The notes: generated by a model from the sequence alone, not told the origin. A stretch of DNA of 64,000 bases from an uncultured Gemmatimonadales bacterium (GCA_963762545.1 CAVXLC010000002.1:1191384-1255383); one strand, 5' to 3'; positions 18,615 to 30,299 are shown, numbered from the stretch's first letter. Numbers and translations: made by a program.

Positions 18615-19781
18615 TTACCCCCGGGGCAATTCCGACGGGTGTCGATAGAGCCATCCGGCTCCGGTGTTGAAAAGGACGACTCGATCCTCGGGAACCAGCA
18701 CACCCGCCGCCCGGAGGGCCCGGGCGGCGGCAATCGCGGCGCCTCCCTCCGGGGCGAAATCGACTCCCTCGAGGCGGCTGCCCGCAACGGCCTCGGACGC
18801 AAGGGCTGCGTCACTCACCGCGATCGCGCCGCCGTGACTTTCCCGGAGCGCGCGCAGCATCAAGCGGTCACCCAGCGCGCCGGGGACCCGCAAGCCGCTT
18901 GCGATGGTCCGGGGGTCGGGCCAGGGCTCGCAGTGATCCGCCCCATCGAGGAAGGCCTTGACCACCGGGGCGCAGCCCTCGGCCTGCACCGTGTACATCC
19001 GGGGGAGCGGCCCGGAGGTCCAGCCCGCCGCCGCCAGCTCTTGAAACACCTTCCACATGCCGATGAGCCCGGTACCGCCGCCGGTCGGGTAGATGATGAC
19101 GTCGGGCAGGCTCCAGCCGAGCTGCTCGGCCAGCTCCAGGCCCAGCGATTTCTTTCCCTCGATGCGATAGGGCTCGCGGAGGGTGGAGAGATCGAAGGCA
19201 CCGCTCTCGGCGGCATAGGCGCGACTGGCCTTGCCGCAATCCCCGATGTGGCCGTCGAGCAGCCGCAGATCGCCCCCGTAGCTCAGGATCTGGCTCAGGA
19301 TCGTGGCCGGCGTGGTCTTGGGCGCGTAGACGCGAACCGGAATGCCCGCCCTCGCCCCGTAGGCCGTCGCGGCCACGCCCGCGTTGCCGGCGGTGGGGAG
19401 GGTGAAGGCCTGCGCGCCCCCGGCGACCGCGCGGGTGATGGCCGCCGAGAGACCCCTGGCCTTGAAGCTGCCGGTCGGATTGGTTCCCTCATCCTTCACC
19501 AGGACGCCCGGCAACCCGATTCGCGCCCCGATTCGCGGCGTGGCGAGGAGGGGCGTATCGCCTTCGCCCAGGGTGACCGGCAGTTCATCGTCCCCGAGCG
19601 GCAGAAAATCCCGGAAGCGCCACATTCCGCGGCCGGCCGCGACTTTCTGGCGGTTGGCGGGGTCGGGGCGCCGTTTCGGGTAGCGCACCAGCAGCGGCTG
19701 GCCGCATTCGCACACGGTCGGAAGCCCGTCCGTCGAAGCGCCCTTGCCGCAGAGCGAGCATTCCAGCACCCAGTCCATCAC
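18615..19781 (-). CDS. thrC: Threonine synthase (PLP, fold type II)
   Basis: TLGEGDTPL, KDEGTNPTGSFKARG, PYRIEGKK, PTGGGTG; N-terminal CxxC zinc knuckle. Confidence 0.85.
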   Translation of the reverse strand: MMDWVLECSLCGKGASTDGLPTVCECGQPLLVRYPKRRPDPANRQKVAAGRGMWRFRDFLPLGDDELPVTLGEGDTPLLATPRIGARIGLPGVLVKDEGTNPTGSFKARGLSAAITRAVAGGAQAFTLPTAGNAGVAATAYGARAGIPVRVYAPKTTPATILSQILSYGGDLRLLDGHIGDCGKASRAYAAESGAFDLSTLREPYRIEGKKSLGLELAEQLGWSLPDVIIYPTGGGTGLIGMWKVFQELAAAGWTSGPLPRMYTVQAEGCAPVVKAFLDGADHCEPWPDPRTIASGLRVPGALGDRLMLRALRESHGGAIAVSDAALASEAVAGSRLEGVDFAPEGGAAIAAARALRAAGVLVPEDRVVLFNTGAGWLYRHPSELPRG

Positions 19782-21607
19782 GGGTCACTCCTTCCCTTCA
19801 GGTGACCGAGCACGCGGGTCGCGAGCTCGGTGGAGAATCCGGGCAGCTCGGCCAGCTCCGCCACGGTGGCGCTCCTGACACCGGCCAGGCTGCCGAACCG
19901 TTCCAGCAGGCGCCGACGCCGTTCGGCACCCACGCCGGGGATTTCCAGCAGGGCCGAGGTGATGGTACGCGCCGACCGGCGCACCCGGTTGTAGGCCACC
20001 CCGAATCGGTGGGCCTCGTCGCGCGCGCGCTGCAGCAGCCGAAGCGACGGGCTGCGCCGGGAGAGTCGCAGCGGATCGGGACGGCCCGGGAGGAAGATCT
20101 CTTCGTCCCGCTTGGCCAGACCGACGAACGGGATCTGGGACAGGCCCAGCGCCCGGGCGGCTTCGACCGCCGCGCCGAGCTGCCCTTTCCCGCCGTCGAT
20201 CACCATGAGATCGGGGAGCGGCTTGGCGTCGTCCCTGCGGCGGGTCAGGTAGCGGGTGACGACCTCGTGGATGGCGGCGTAGTCGTCCTGCTGCCCCTCG
20301 ACCCCCTTGATCTTGAACTTCCGGTATTCGTTCTTCTTGGGCCGGCCACCCTCGAACGTCACCAGCGAGCCGACCGTGTCCCGGCCCTGATTGGTCGAGA
20401 TGTCCACGCACACCAGCGTGCGGGGCACGGCGGCGAGGCCGAGGTCGCGGCCCAGGGCGTAGACGGGATCGTCGGCGCGCTCGTCCGACTCGAACGATTC
20501 GAGGCGCAGGCTTTCGAGGAGGTGGCGGGCGTTGCGCTCGGCCAGCTCGAGCCAGTTCCGCGCGGTGCCCCGCTGGGGAATCGCCCAGGTGGACTCGGGC
20601 GCCAGCGCGGCGATCTGCTCCGGTTCGGCCGGCGCAAAGGGCAGGATCACGCGGCGGGCGCGGCCCTCGAGGGGGAGGTAGTAGCGGACCAGGAACGCCT
20701 CGAGGATGGTGTCGTCTCCCTCTTCCTCCACGTTCTCGAGGAAGCGGTGTTCGCGATGGACCACCCGGCCGTCCCGCACCCGGAACAGGACGCCCACCGC
20801 GTCGTCGCCATCCCGGGCGTAGCCGACGACGTCCGCGTCTCCCGTGCCCACCACCTCGACGGTCGCGGGCGCATCCACCTGATCGAGCCAGCGGAGGGAA
20901 TCCCGCAGGTCCTTGGCGCGCTCGAAGTCCTCCCGGGCGCTGGCGTCCTGCATCATGGTTCGGAGGCGGGTCCGGACATCCACCGTACGTCCTTCGAGAA
21001 AGGCCACGACATCGGCGATCATGGCCCGGTAGGGCGCTTCATCCTGCCAGCCAACACAGGGTGCCCGGCAGCGCCCAATGTGGAAGTCGAGACAGGGCCG
21101 CTCGCGGCGCTCGCGGGGGATGTCATCGCCGCAGCTCCGCACCGTGAAGATGCGCCGCACCAGGGCCAGCGTGCGGCGCATTTCCCCCACGTCGGTATAG
21201 GGGCCGAAGTACCGGGCTCCCGGAAGGTCCCGCCGCCGGGTGACCAGCACCCGGGGGAACGGCTCCTTGAGCGTGACGACGATGGAGGGGTAGCTCTTGT
21301 CGTCCTTGAGCGACACGTTGAACCGCGGCTGGTACTCCTTGATCAGGTTGTTCTCGAGGAGCAGCGACTGGGTCTCGCTCCCCACGACGATCGTCTCGAC
21401 GTCGGCAACCAGCCGCATCAGGAGCTGGTTCTTGGGGCTTCCGGCGTGATCGTTGAGAACGTAGCTCCGCACCCGGCTTCGCAGGTTTCGCGCCTTCCCC
21501 ACGTACAGCACCTTCCCGGCGGCATCCTTCCAGAGGTACACGCCGGGGCCGTCGGGGAGGGAATCCAGTTTTCGCTGGAGGGCGTCGGGTATTCCGGGAA
21601 AGGTCAT
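19778..21607 (-). CDS. uvrC: Excinuclease ABC subunit C
   Basis: GIY-YIG (PGVYLWKD..YVGKA), UVR, RNase H-like DISTNQG/IDGGKGQL, C-terminal HhH. Confidence 0.97.
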   Translation of the reverse strand: MTFPGIPDALQRKLDSLPDGPGVYLWKDAAGKVLYVGKARNLRSRVRSYVLNDHAGSPKNQLLMRLVADVETIVVGSETQSLLLENNLIKEYQPRFNVSLKDDKSYPSIVVTLKEPFPRVLVTRRRDLPGARYFGPYTDVGEMRRTLALVRRIFTVRSCGDDIPRERRERPCLDFHIGRCRAPCVGWQDEAPYRAMIADVVAFLEGRTVDVRTRLRTMMQDASAREDFERAKDLRDSLRWLDQVDAPATVEVVGTGDADVVGYARDGDDAVGVLFRVRDGRVVHREHRFLENVEEEGDDTILEAFLVRYYLPLEGRARRVILPFAPAEPEQIAALAPESTWAIPQRGTARNWLELAERNARHLLESLRLESFESDERADDPVYALGRDLGLAAVPRTLVCVDISTNQGRDTVGSLVTFEGGRPKKNEYRKFKIKGVEGQQDDYAAIHEVVTRYLTRRRDDAKPLPDLMVIDGGKGQLGAAVEAARALGLSQIPFVGLAKRDEEIFLPGRPDPLRLSRRSPSLRLLQRARDEAHRFGVAYNRVRRSARTITSALLEIPGVGAERRRRLLERFGSLAGVRSATVAELAELPGFSTELATRVLGHLKGRSDP

Positions 21608-23139
21608 GCTCGCTGACGAAATCGGTCATACAACCCGCGGGCCTGCGGCACCCGCAGCAGCGCGGTTCCCACCAGGTAAATAATAGCGAAGGGGGTCAGG
21701 ATCAGGGCGGCCCGCGGGATCGGCCCGTAGAGGTCCTGGATGAAGTGGAGGATGAGGTACCCCACCGCCCCAGCGGCCAGCGCGGGCCCCCAGAGCCGGG
21801 CGAGATAGGCGAACGGGATCGAGGTCTTGCCGATCCGTCCGTGGAGGCCGTTCCGCAGCATCGCGAATTCCACCCAGCCGGCCAGGCCCGCGGAGGCGGT
21901 GAGGCCCACGGCGCCCCACCGGGGGGCCAGGCCGACCAGGGGAGGCAGCTTGACCGCGGCCACATAGCCCAGCACCGTGGTGAGCGCCACCCGGATCGCG
22001 GCATACTTGAGCGGGGTTCGGGTATCGTTGAGCGCGTAGAACGCGGACGTATAGAGCCGGCCCAGCGTGCCGGCCAGGAGGCCGAACGTGGAGCCGGCCA
22101 GGATGGCCCACACATACCGGGCGTCGTTCCAGCTGAACCGGCCGGTCTGGAAAAAGAGCGACGCCACGACCTGGCCGAGCACCGTGAAGGCCACGACACA
22201 GGGCACGACGAAGAAGGCGACCCGCCGCATCGCGCTCTCCAGGCGCTCCCGGAGCACTCCATGGGCGGACTCTCCCCCCACGGCGACTTCGGACAGCTCG
22301 GGCAGCTCCGCCGCCGCGATCGACATCCCGAACAGGCTGACCGGAAGCGTGTAGAGGGTCTGAGCGTTGGCGAGCGCGGTGACCGAGCCGTAGGGCAGCA
22401 GGCTCGCGATGATGCCATCAATAAACGCGCTGATCTGGGAGACTCCCCGGCTGACGAACGCCGGGGCGAAGTTCGCGAAGACCAGGCGGACCTTCTGGTT
22501 CCCGACGTTGAGGGAGAGCCGGAGGCCCCGGGTTAGCGTGAGCACCGTCGGCAGCTGAATGAGGAATTGCAGCACGCCGCCGATGACCGCGCCCCAGGCC
22601 GACCAGACGGTGATGGCTTCGCGGGGGGCGTCTCCCCCCGGCAGCAGAGTCGCCACGATGATGGCGATGTTCCAGATGACCGGCGCGGCGTAGGAAAGAA
22701 AGAACCTGCGGTGGCTGTTGAGGACGCTCAGGCACCAGGCCGACAACACCAGCACCCCCACGCCCGGAAAGAGGATCCGTACCAGCCGGATGGTGAGCGC
22801 CCGGGTGTCTCCCGCGAATCCGGGCGCCAGGATCTGCACCAGCCATGGCGCGAAGGTGACGCCCAGCGCCACCACGATGGCAACGGCGAGGGAGAGAATC
22901 CCCAGCACCGCGCCGGCCAGCCGCCGAGCCTCCTCCTCCCGCCCCTCGGCGCGGAGCTGGGCATAGGCCGGTATGAAGGAGGCGGAGAGCACACCCTCGC
23001 CGAAGAGATTCTGGAGAAAGTTCGGAATCCGGAACGCGGCGTTGAATGCGTCAGCGGAACCGGAGAGCCCAAGGACGTGGGAGAGAATCCGCTGCCGAAC
23101 CAGCCCCGCGATCCGACTCAGGAAGATGCCCGCCGCCAC
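21604..23139 (-). CDS. murJ: Lipid II flippase MurJ (start may lie upstream, about 23172)
   Basis: SRIAGLVR, DAFNAAFRIPNFLQNLFGEGVLSASFIP, AFYALNDTRTP. Confidence 0.93.
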   Translation of the reverse strand: MAAGIFLSRIAGLVRQRILSHVLGLSGSADAFNAAFRIPNFLQNLFGEGVLSASFIPAYAQLRAEGREEEARRLAGAVLGILSLAVAIVVALGVTFAPWLVQILAPGFAGDTRALTIRLVRILFPGVGVLVLSAWCLSVLNSHRRFFLSYAAPVIWNIAIIVATLLPGGDAPREAITVWSAWGAVIGGVLQFLIQLPTVLTLTRGLRLSLNVGNQKVRLVFANFAPAFVSRGVSQISAFIDGIIASLLPYGSVTALANAQTLYTLPVSLFGMSIAAAELPELSEVAVGGESAHGVLRERLESAMRRVAFFVVPCVVAFTVLGQVVASLFFQTGRFSWNDARYVWAILAGSTFGLLAGTLGRLYTSAFYALNDTRTPLKYAAIRVALTTVLGYVAAVKLPPLVGLAPRWGAVGLTASAGLAGWVEFAMLRNGLHGRIGKTSIPFAYLARLWGPALAAGAVGYLILHFIQDLYGPIPRAALILTPFAIIYLVGTALLRVPQARGLYDRFRQRA

Positions 23140-23168
23140 CAGGGTGGCGGCACCGCGCGCGGGGGCTT

Positions 23169-23441
23169 TCAGGGCGCTTGCCGGGGCGGCCGTCCTCCAC
23201 CCTCCTCGAGGAGCCGCTGCATGAATTGATTCTCTTCCTTGAGGGTCTCCACGGCGCGGGTCAGGTCGTCCACCTCCCCGGAGAGAAGCTCCACCCGCTG
23301 GGCCAGCTCGGCCAGCTCCGGGGGCGGCGCGTTGCGTCCCTCGAGGCGCCGGGCCAGGGCCCGTCCCAGCGGCGAGTCCGTCAGGATGGCGAAGATCGGG
23401 ATCAGCAGGATGAGCAGGAGTACGATCTCGAGGACGCCCAT
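23169..23441 (-). CDS. Small membrane-anchored coiled-coil protein
   Basis: N-terminal TM helix, DSPLGRALARR, coiled-coil C-terminus; fills the operon gap. Confidence 0.75.
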   Translation of the reverse strand: MGVLEIVLLLILLIPIFAILTDSPLGRALARRLEGRNAPPPELAELAQRVELLSGEVDDLTRAVETLKEENQFMQRLLEEGGGRPPRQAP

Positions 23442-23450
23442 GGTCCGAGT

Positions 23451-24980
23451 CTACGCGCTCGGTGGGACGGCTTCAAGAGCCCGGGCATACCAGGTGTCGA
23501 TGTGGAGGGAGAGCGTCTCCAGCAGATCCCAGCCGTAGCGGCCGAGGAACCCGGCCATGGAAAGCACCCGTTCCTGGGGTTTGCCCTCGGGGCGGACCGA
23601 CACCCGGGCCCTGGCGACCTGCTGCAGCTCGGTGGCTTCCCGCTTTCTGGCGTGCTGCAGCAGCTTCTTCTCGAGCTCCTGGATGCCGAACAGCGCCTGG
23701 GCGCGGGCCGAGGCCGCGGGGCGCTCGAGGGTTGGATCCACCTGGGCCGCGAGGCGGACCACCGGATCGAATCCCGCCTCGATCGCGGCGCGGAGCTCAC
23801 GGAAGGCGTCCTCGGTTCCCGGGGGCAGCGCCTGACGGGCCAGCCGGGCCTCCAGCCCCCCCGCTTCCTCCATCAGCTCGTCGATCGTGGCGGAGAACTT
23901 GGCGAGCACCCGGGTCACCCGGGGCTCGATCAGCAGACCGGACCATCGTGGTACCGGGCGCTGGCGCGGGACCCCGAGGCGCTGGTACAGCGGCGCCGCG
24001 AGCGCGAGATAGCGGAGCTCGCCCGGGCCGGCGACGTAGGCCGCGGTCGGGAGGAGGAAGCTCTCCAGCACCGGGCGGAGCAGCACGTTGGCGGACAGGC
24101 GTTCCGGCTGCTCCCGCGCGATGGCGTCGAGCTCCGCCGGGGACACGGCGCGCCGGCCCCGGCGGGTCTGGAGCCCGCCCCCCTCCAGGACCAGCCGGTC
24201 CCGTCCCTCGGCGTCCTCGAGGAAGACCAGCGCCGCCCCTTCTCCCACCGGCACGCCCGGATCGGTGCCTTCCGCCTGGAGCCGGTCCGCGCGGGACGCG
24301 AGCTCCCGGTCGATGGCGCCGGCATCGCGCAGGGAGCCGAGCAGCAGCGGGGCGGCGGCGGCCTTTACGACAGCGTGGGTCGAATCGAAGCAGGCGACCC
24401 CCAGGGGCGCGAGCAGCTCGGCCATTGCCGCGCCGAACGCTCCCGCCACGGTGTGCTCGGGGGTGTAGTGGCGCCGGAGCCAGTCCACGGTCCGGTCCCG
24501 CCCTTCGGACGCCGGCAGCGACTGCTCGAAGGCTTCGAGCGCGGTCAGGACGCTGCTCCCGAGCGGCTGCCGCGACATGGGGGTGAGCGGCGCATCCGCC
24601 GGCCGGGCTTCCAGCGTCGCGCGCATGAGGCCCCCGTCCCCGGCCAGCCAGGCGGCCGACGCCGCCTCCTCGAAATCGTGATCGTCTCCGGGAATCCAGT
24701 ACAGCGGAATGACCGGCCGTCCCCAGCGCCGCTCAAGCACCAGGGCCAGTGCCCGGGCCGACAGCGCCTTGGACACGGTGTACGCGGGCCCGGTGAACAA
24801 GCCGGGCTGCTGTCCCGTCGTGACCACGAGCGCGCCCGGCTGCCGGAGACGGCTCAGGATCTCCGCTGCGCCGGACGCGGGAATCAATGCCGCGGTCAGC
24901 GCCTCGTTCCAGCCGCCTTTGCGCGGCTCGGGCACACCAGGGGACTGGGCCAGCGGCGTGTCATGGATCGGCAGCGTCAT
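23451..24980 (-). CDS. bshC: Bacillithiol biosynthesis cysteine-adding enzyme BshC
   Basis: VVTTGQQPGLFTGPAYTVSK, DDHDFEE, SANVLLRP, YVAGPGELRY, PQERVLS. Confidence 0.92.
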   Translation of the reverse strand: MTLPIHDTPLAQSPGVPEPRKGGWNEALTAALIPASGAAEILSRLRQPGALVVTTGQQPGLFTGPAYTVSKALSARALALVLERRWGRPVIPLYWIPGDDHDFEEAASAAWLAGDGGLMRATLEARPADAPLTPMSRQPLGSSVLTALEAFEQSLPASEGRDRTVDWLRRHYTPEHTVAGAFGAAMAELLAPLGVACFDSTHAVVKAAAAPLLLGSLRDAGAIDRELASRADRLQAEGTDPGVPVGEGAALVFLEDAEGRDRLVLEGGGLQTRRGRRAVSPAELDAIAREQPERLSANVLLRPVLESFLLPTAAYVAGPGELRYLALAAPLYQRLGVPRQRPVPRWSGLLIEPRVTRVLAKFSATIDELMEEAGGLEARLARQALPPGTEDAFRELRAAIEAGFDPVVRLAAQVDPTLERPAASARAQALFGIQELEKKLLQHARKREATELQQVARARVSVRPEGKPQERVLSMAGFLGRYGWDLLETLSLHIDTWYARALEAVPPSA

Positions 24981-25693
24981 GCCACCTGCCCTGCCAGGAT
25001 CAGCCGGGGAGAATCGGCGGTGAGGGGGCCCCCGTCGTAGTCGCCAAACCGGTGGCGGATCGCGCAGCCTGCCAGGGAGATCAAACGCTCCAGCTCCTTT
25101 GCGGTGAACAGCCGGACCCGTTCGACGAACCGGCGGCCGTCCGCGGTGGTGATGCTCTTGAACACGTATTCACCGGCCGGATCGAGCCAGCGGTCGATTC
25201 GAACCGGGGCGCCGCCGAGGTCGCCGTCTTCCCGGGCCACGAGGTCCGAGGGAACCCGGAGCGCGTTGAGGAAATCGATGGCAAACCACCCCGAGGGCTT
25301 GACGGTACCGACCATCTCGCGCATCGCGCCCGCGTGCTCCGCGTCGGAATCGAAGTAACCGAAGCTGGTGAACAGGTTCACGGTAAGATCCATGGTTCGG
25401 GCGCGGACCGGAATGTGGCGGAGGTCGGACCGGATGACCGGAACCCGAGCCGATCCGTGGGCCCGTTGCAACAGGTGCTGGGACAGGTCGAGACCCATGA
25501 CCCCCGCGGCCCGGACCCGAAAGGCCGCGGCGTGCCGTCCGGTGCCGCAGGCCACATCCAGCACCCTCCACCCCGGCAGCAGCCCGACGGTACGGCAGAG
25601 GAGGCTCACCAGCCGCTCGGCATCTTCCTCATCCCGGTGGGGATAGAGGAGGAGGTACTCCTCGCCGAAGTACTCCTCGAACCAGTCGGGCAC
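24977..25693 (-). CDS. Class I SAM-dependent methyltransferase (candidate NmbA-like)
   Basis: WFEEYF..Y..LYPHRD, VLDVACGTGRH, NLFTSFGYF, ERVRLF, SPRLI; stop overlaps the bshC start. Confidence 0.85.
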   Translation of the reverse strand: MPDWFEEYFGEEYLLLYPHRDEEDAERLVSLLCRTVGLLPGWRVLDVACGTGRHAAAFRVRAAGVMGLDLSQHLLQRAHGSARVPVIRSDLRHIPVRARTMDLTVNLFTSFGYFDSDAEHAGAMREMVGTVKPSGWFAIDFLNALRVPSDLVAREDGDLGGAPVRIDRWLDPAGEYVFKSITTADGRRFVERVRLFTAKELERLISLAGCAIRHRFGDYDGGPLTADSPRLILAGQVA

Positions 25694-25701
25694 GTCTCAG
25701 G

Positions 25702-26166
25702 TCACCGCTCACCCTTGTGGTACGGCTCTCCGCGGAGAATCGTCCAGGCCCGATACCATTGCTCCAGCACGATCACCCGGGCCAGCTCGTGGGGCAGCGT
25801 CAGCGGACCGAGGCTCCAGCGGACGCTGGCCCGCGCCCCGAGCTCCGGCGCCACGCCGTGGGCTCCGCCGAGGACGAGTGCGACCGGCGCCGCCGCCACC
25901 CGCCAGCGCTCGAGCTGGCGGGCCAGGTCCTCACTGGACCAGCCGGCGCCGGCCCGGTCCAGCAGGACAACCGTGCCCCGGGCGGGCAGCGCGGCGGCGA
26001 GGCGGGCCGTTTCCTCCTTGACGCGCGCGGCGGGCGTCGCGGTCTTCGCCTCCCTGATCTCGCGCTCGGTCACCGGGCCATAGCGCGAGAGCCGCCGGAG
26101 ATAGTCGTCGCACGCCTCGCGGTAGCAGGGCCGGAGCCTTCCCACGGCGAGGAGGAGCGTCTCCAT
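25702..26166 (-). CDS. rlmH: 23S rRNA pseudouridine-1915 methyltransferase
   Basis: [39 protein letters not shown]. Confidence 0.95.
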   Translation of the reverse strand: METLLLAVGRLRPCYREACDDYLRRLSRYGPVTEREIREAKTATPAARVKEETARLAAALPARGTVVLLDRAGAGWSSEDLARQLERWRVAAAPVALVLGGAHGVAPELGARASVRWSLGPLTLPHELARVIVLEQWYRAWTILRGEPYHKGER

Positions 26167-27465
<1,299 letters not shown>

Positions 27466-27502
27466 GAGGTATCTCCGCTCGGATCGTGCTGCGTCGTTGA
27501 AG

Positions 27503-28543
27503 TTAGAGTCGCTCCACCGGAGTGACGATCGCGTCCAGTCCGGCCGTAATGGCGGCTTCGCCATGCTCCCAGGTGAAATCCAGCACCGCCACCAGCGGTT
27601 CGGGCACGCTCGCCGGCCACCGGTCCCGGAGCTTCACCGCGTCCTTCTGGGTCACCACCACGAAATCCGCCTTGCGCGCGGCCTTGGCGAGCCAGGCCAG
27701 GTCCTGATCCCGGAACTCGTGGTGGTCGTTCCAGGTGGCCACCTGGACCTGCGCCCCGGTCGCCTTGGTCTGGGCCACGAATGCGTCCGGATCGGCGATG
27801 GCGGAGGCCGCCACGACGCGCTTGCCCTGGAGCGCCGAGGCGGCCATCACCCGGTGCGACACCAGCCCCTCGTACCGGCTCACGCCGAGGCAGACCACGC
27901 CGACCGGTCCGCGGATTCGCGGGGCCAGCGCGCTCGCCAGGGCGAGCGCGGCCTCCGCATCGGCCCGCTTCCGGGTGACGATCAGGGCATCGGCGCGGCG
28001 CAACGAATGGAGTCCTTCGCGCCAGGGGCCGGCCGGAAGGGACCAGTGCACCGCCCGCGACGCATCGGCACTCATCACCGCGATATTGTAATCCCGCCAT
28101 ACGTCGCGGCGCTGGAATGCGTCATCCAGCACGAGCACCTCGGCCCCTTCCGCCCGGGCGCGCTCGGCGCCGGCCAACCGATCGGGATCGGCGATCACCC
28201 TGGCCTCGGGCACCTGGTACCGATGCACCAGCACTTCATCCCGGCCATAGCCGCGCAGCAGGATGCCGGGCACCAACCCCCGGGAAGCGTAATGGGCCGC
28301 GATCCAGCTCGCGATCGGCGTCTTGCCCGATCCGCCGACGGTGAGATTCCCCACCGCGACCGCCGGCAGGGGCAGCTCGCGCACGGTGTTCCAGCCGCGG
28401 TCGAACCCGAGATTCCGCGCGGCCATGCCGGCCCGCCAGACCGCGGAGAACGGCAGCAGCGCGAGGCGGGCGAGCCGAGCGTCCACCCTGCGGCTGGTCC
28501 AGAGCCAGCGGATCAGGCGGTGTGCGTCGCCCCGTCGTCCCAT
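27503..28543 (-). CDS. lpxK: Tetraacyldisaccharide 4'-kinase
   Basis: [38 protein letters not shown]. Confidence 0.92.
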   Translation of the reverse strand: MGRRGDAHRLIRWLWTSRRVDARLARLALLPFSAVWRAGMAARNLGFDRGWNTVRELPLPAVAVGNLTVGGSGKTPIASWIAAHYASRGLVPGILLRGYGRDEVLVHRYQVPEARVIADPDRLAGAERARAEGAEVLVLDDAFQRRDVWRDYNIAVMSADASRAVHWSLPAGPWREGLHSLRRADALIVTRKRADAEAALALASALAPRIRGPVGVVCLGVSRYEGLVSHRVMAASALQGKRVVAASAIADPDAFVAQTKATGAQVQVATWNDHHEFRDQDLAWLAKAARKADFVVVTQKDAVKLRDRWPASVPEPLVAVLDFTWEHGEAAITAGLDAIVTPVERL

Positions 28544-29169
28544 TGCACCTCCCGTACGGCGCCGTCCAGCTCGGCCTCGGCGCGGATGCGCGCGGCCGCC
28601 ATGCCCTGCTCGCCCGGACCCACCTCGAACGGATGGCCGTACACGATGCGCACCCGCGCGAACGGCTTGGGCACCAGAAAGCGGTCCCACGAGGCGAGCC
28701 GCCAGGCGCGGTCGGCGCCGGCATGGAGGGGCACCACCACCGCCCCGCCCCGCTGCGCGGCCAGCAGAGTGCCGCCCTTGAATTCCCGCCGCGGGCCGCG
28801 AGGCCCGTCCGGCGTGAAGGCCGCCACGCCTCCGGCCCGAAGGGCCTTGACCACGCCCATCAGGGCCCGCACGCCCCCTCGGCTGCTCGAGCCGCGGGCC
28901 TCGCGATAGCCGAGGCGGCGGGCGTACTCTGCAAGGTACCGGCCATCCTGCGCCTCACTCACCACGATCGTGATGCCGCGACCCCGGTGCCACCAGAGCA
29001 GCGGGAGCAGCGCGTCGTGCCAGAGGAGGAAGACGTGGGGGCGCCCGGCCTCGACCACCGCCCTCCAGCGTTCGGCGTGCACGGTCTCCACCCGCCAGGT
29101 GCGGGCGAGCGTGGACACCAGGGGCCCCAGGACCCGCGCCGCGACGCCGGGCGGGATGGCGAGCTTCAA
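28513..29169 (-). CDS. DUF374 lysophospholipid-acyltransferase-like protein
   Basis: FLLWH, RGSSSRGG, TPDGPRGP, SWDRFLVPKPF; TTG start overlapping the lpxB stop. Confidence 0.85.
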   Translation of the reverse strand: MKLAIPPGVAARVLGPLVSTLARTWRVETVHAERWRAVVEAGRPHVFLLWHDALLPLLWWHRGRGITIVVSEAQDGRYLAEYARRLGYREARGSSSRGGVRALMGVVKALRAGGVAAFTPDGPRGPRREFKGGTLLAAQRGGAVVVPLHAGADRAWRLASWDRFLVPKPFARVRIVYGHPFEVGPGEQGMAAARIRAEAELDGAVREVQWDDGATHTA

Positions 29170-30281
29170 GCGAGCAGCTCCGCGGCGATGGCGGCGACCC
29201 GCGCCGCCGCACCGCCGCCGCCCAGCCGCTCGCGCACCAGGCGGAGGCCTTCCCGCTGCGACCGGGTCTTCGGGTCGCTCGGATCGAGCAGTGGGGTCAC
29301 CGCGTCGGCCAGGCGCCGCGGGGTGACCGAGCCCTGGGTCAGCTCCTCCACCACCGGGGATTCCGCGACCAGGTTGACCAGACTGATCCAGGACACCGTG
29401 ATCAGCCGCCGCGCGAGCCAGGATGTCGTCGCGTGCACCCGGTAGGCCACCACCATCGGCACATCCGCGAGCGCCGCCTCGAGCGTCGTCGTGCCCGACT
29501 TGGCCAGGGCCGCATCGGCCGACGCGAAGACGTTGTCCGGCGCTCCACGGTGGAGCAGGAAGCGCTCCGCCCCGGGATAGCGTCCCTCGGAGGTGCCCGC
29601 CACCACCACCCGGTCGGCGGCCCCCGCCGCGAGCAGCCGCAGTGCCGCGTCCCGAAACGGAGACCAGAGCCGGGCGATTTCCTGGGGCCGGCTGCCCGGA
29701 AAGAGGCCCAGGACCCGCTCGCCCGGCCCGATGCCCAGCATCGCCCGGGCCGCCTCGCGGGACGGCGGCGGGGGCCGGTCGAGCAGCGGGTGGCCGACGT
29801 ACTCGGCCCCGATGCCGTGCCGGGCGAAGAACGCAGGCTCGAACGGCAGCACCACCGCGAGCCGGTCCACGGCCCCTGCCAACCGCCTGGCGCGCTCGGG
29901 CCGCCAGGCCCAGAGCTGCGGCGCGATGTAGTACAGCACCTTGACCCCGTGGCGGTGCGCCGCCTCCGCGACCCGGATGTTGAACCCGGGGTAGTCGATC
30001 AACAGCGCGAGGTCGTAGGCTCCGGAGCGGAACTTCCGCTCCAGCAGCCGCAGCAGCCGGAGGTGCGCCGGGATCTTGCTCAGCACCTCCACGAAGCCCA
30101 GCACGGTATACCGCTCCATCGGATACCGAACCGCCGCACCGGCCGCGGCCACCCGGGGGCCGCCCAGGGCGTCAATGGAAATGCCGGGGAACCGGGTCTT
30201 GAGCTCCCGGACGACCTCGCCGCCGTGGAGGTCGCCCGACGGCTCGCCGGCCGAGAGAAACACCCGGGGTGGGCGGGACAC
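29166..30281 (-). CDS. lpxB: Lipid A disaccharide synthase
   Basis: AGEPSGDLHG, IDYPGFN, APQLWAWR, PGSRPQE, KSGTTTLE. Confidence 0.96.
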   Translation of the reverse strand: MSRPPRVFLSAGEPSGDLHGGEVVRELKTRFPGISIDALGGPRVAAAGAAVRYPMERYTVLGFVEVLSKIPAHLRLLRLLERKFRSGAYDLALLIDYPGFNIRVAEAAHRHGVKVLYYIAPQLWAWRPERARRLAGAVDRLAVVLPFEPAFFARHGIGAEYVGHPLLDRPPPPSREAARAMLGIGPGERVLGLFPGSRPQEIARLWSPFRDAALRLLAAGAADRVVVAGTSEGRYPGAERFLLHRGAPDNVFASADAALAKSGTTTLEAALADVPMVVAYRVHATTSWLARRLITVSWISLVNLVAESPVVEELTQGSVTPRRLADAVTPLLDPSDPKTRSQREGLRLVRERLGGGGAAARVAAIAAELLA

Positions 30282-30299
30282 GGCGGTGGCCCGGCCCGC

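Noticed and set aside
17355-21616. Long + strand ORFs (816 aa, 604 aa) opposite larC/thrC/uvrC
   Set aside because: Antisense shadows of well-supported genes in high-GC DNA; no recognisable motifs.
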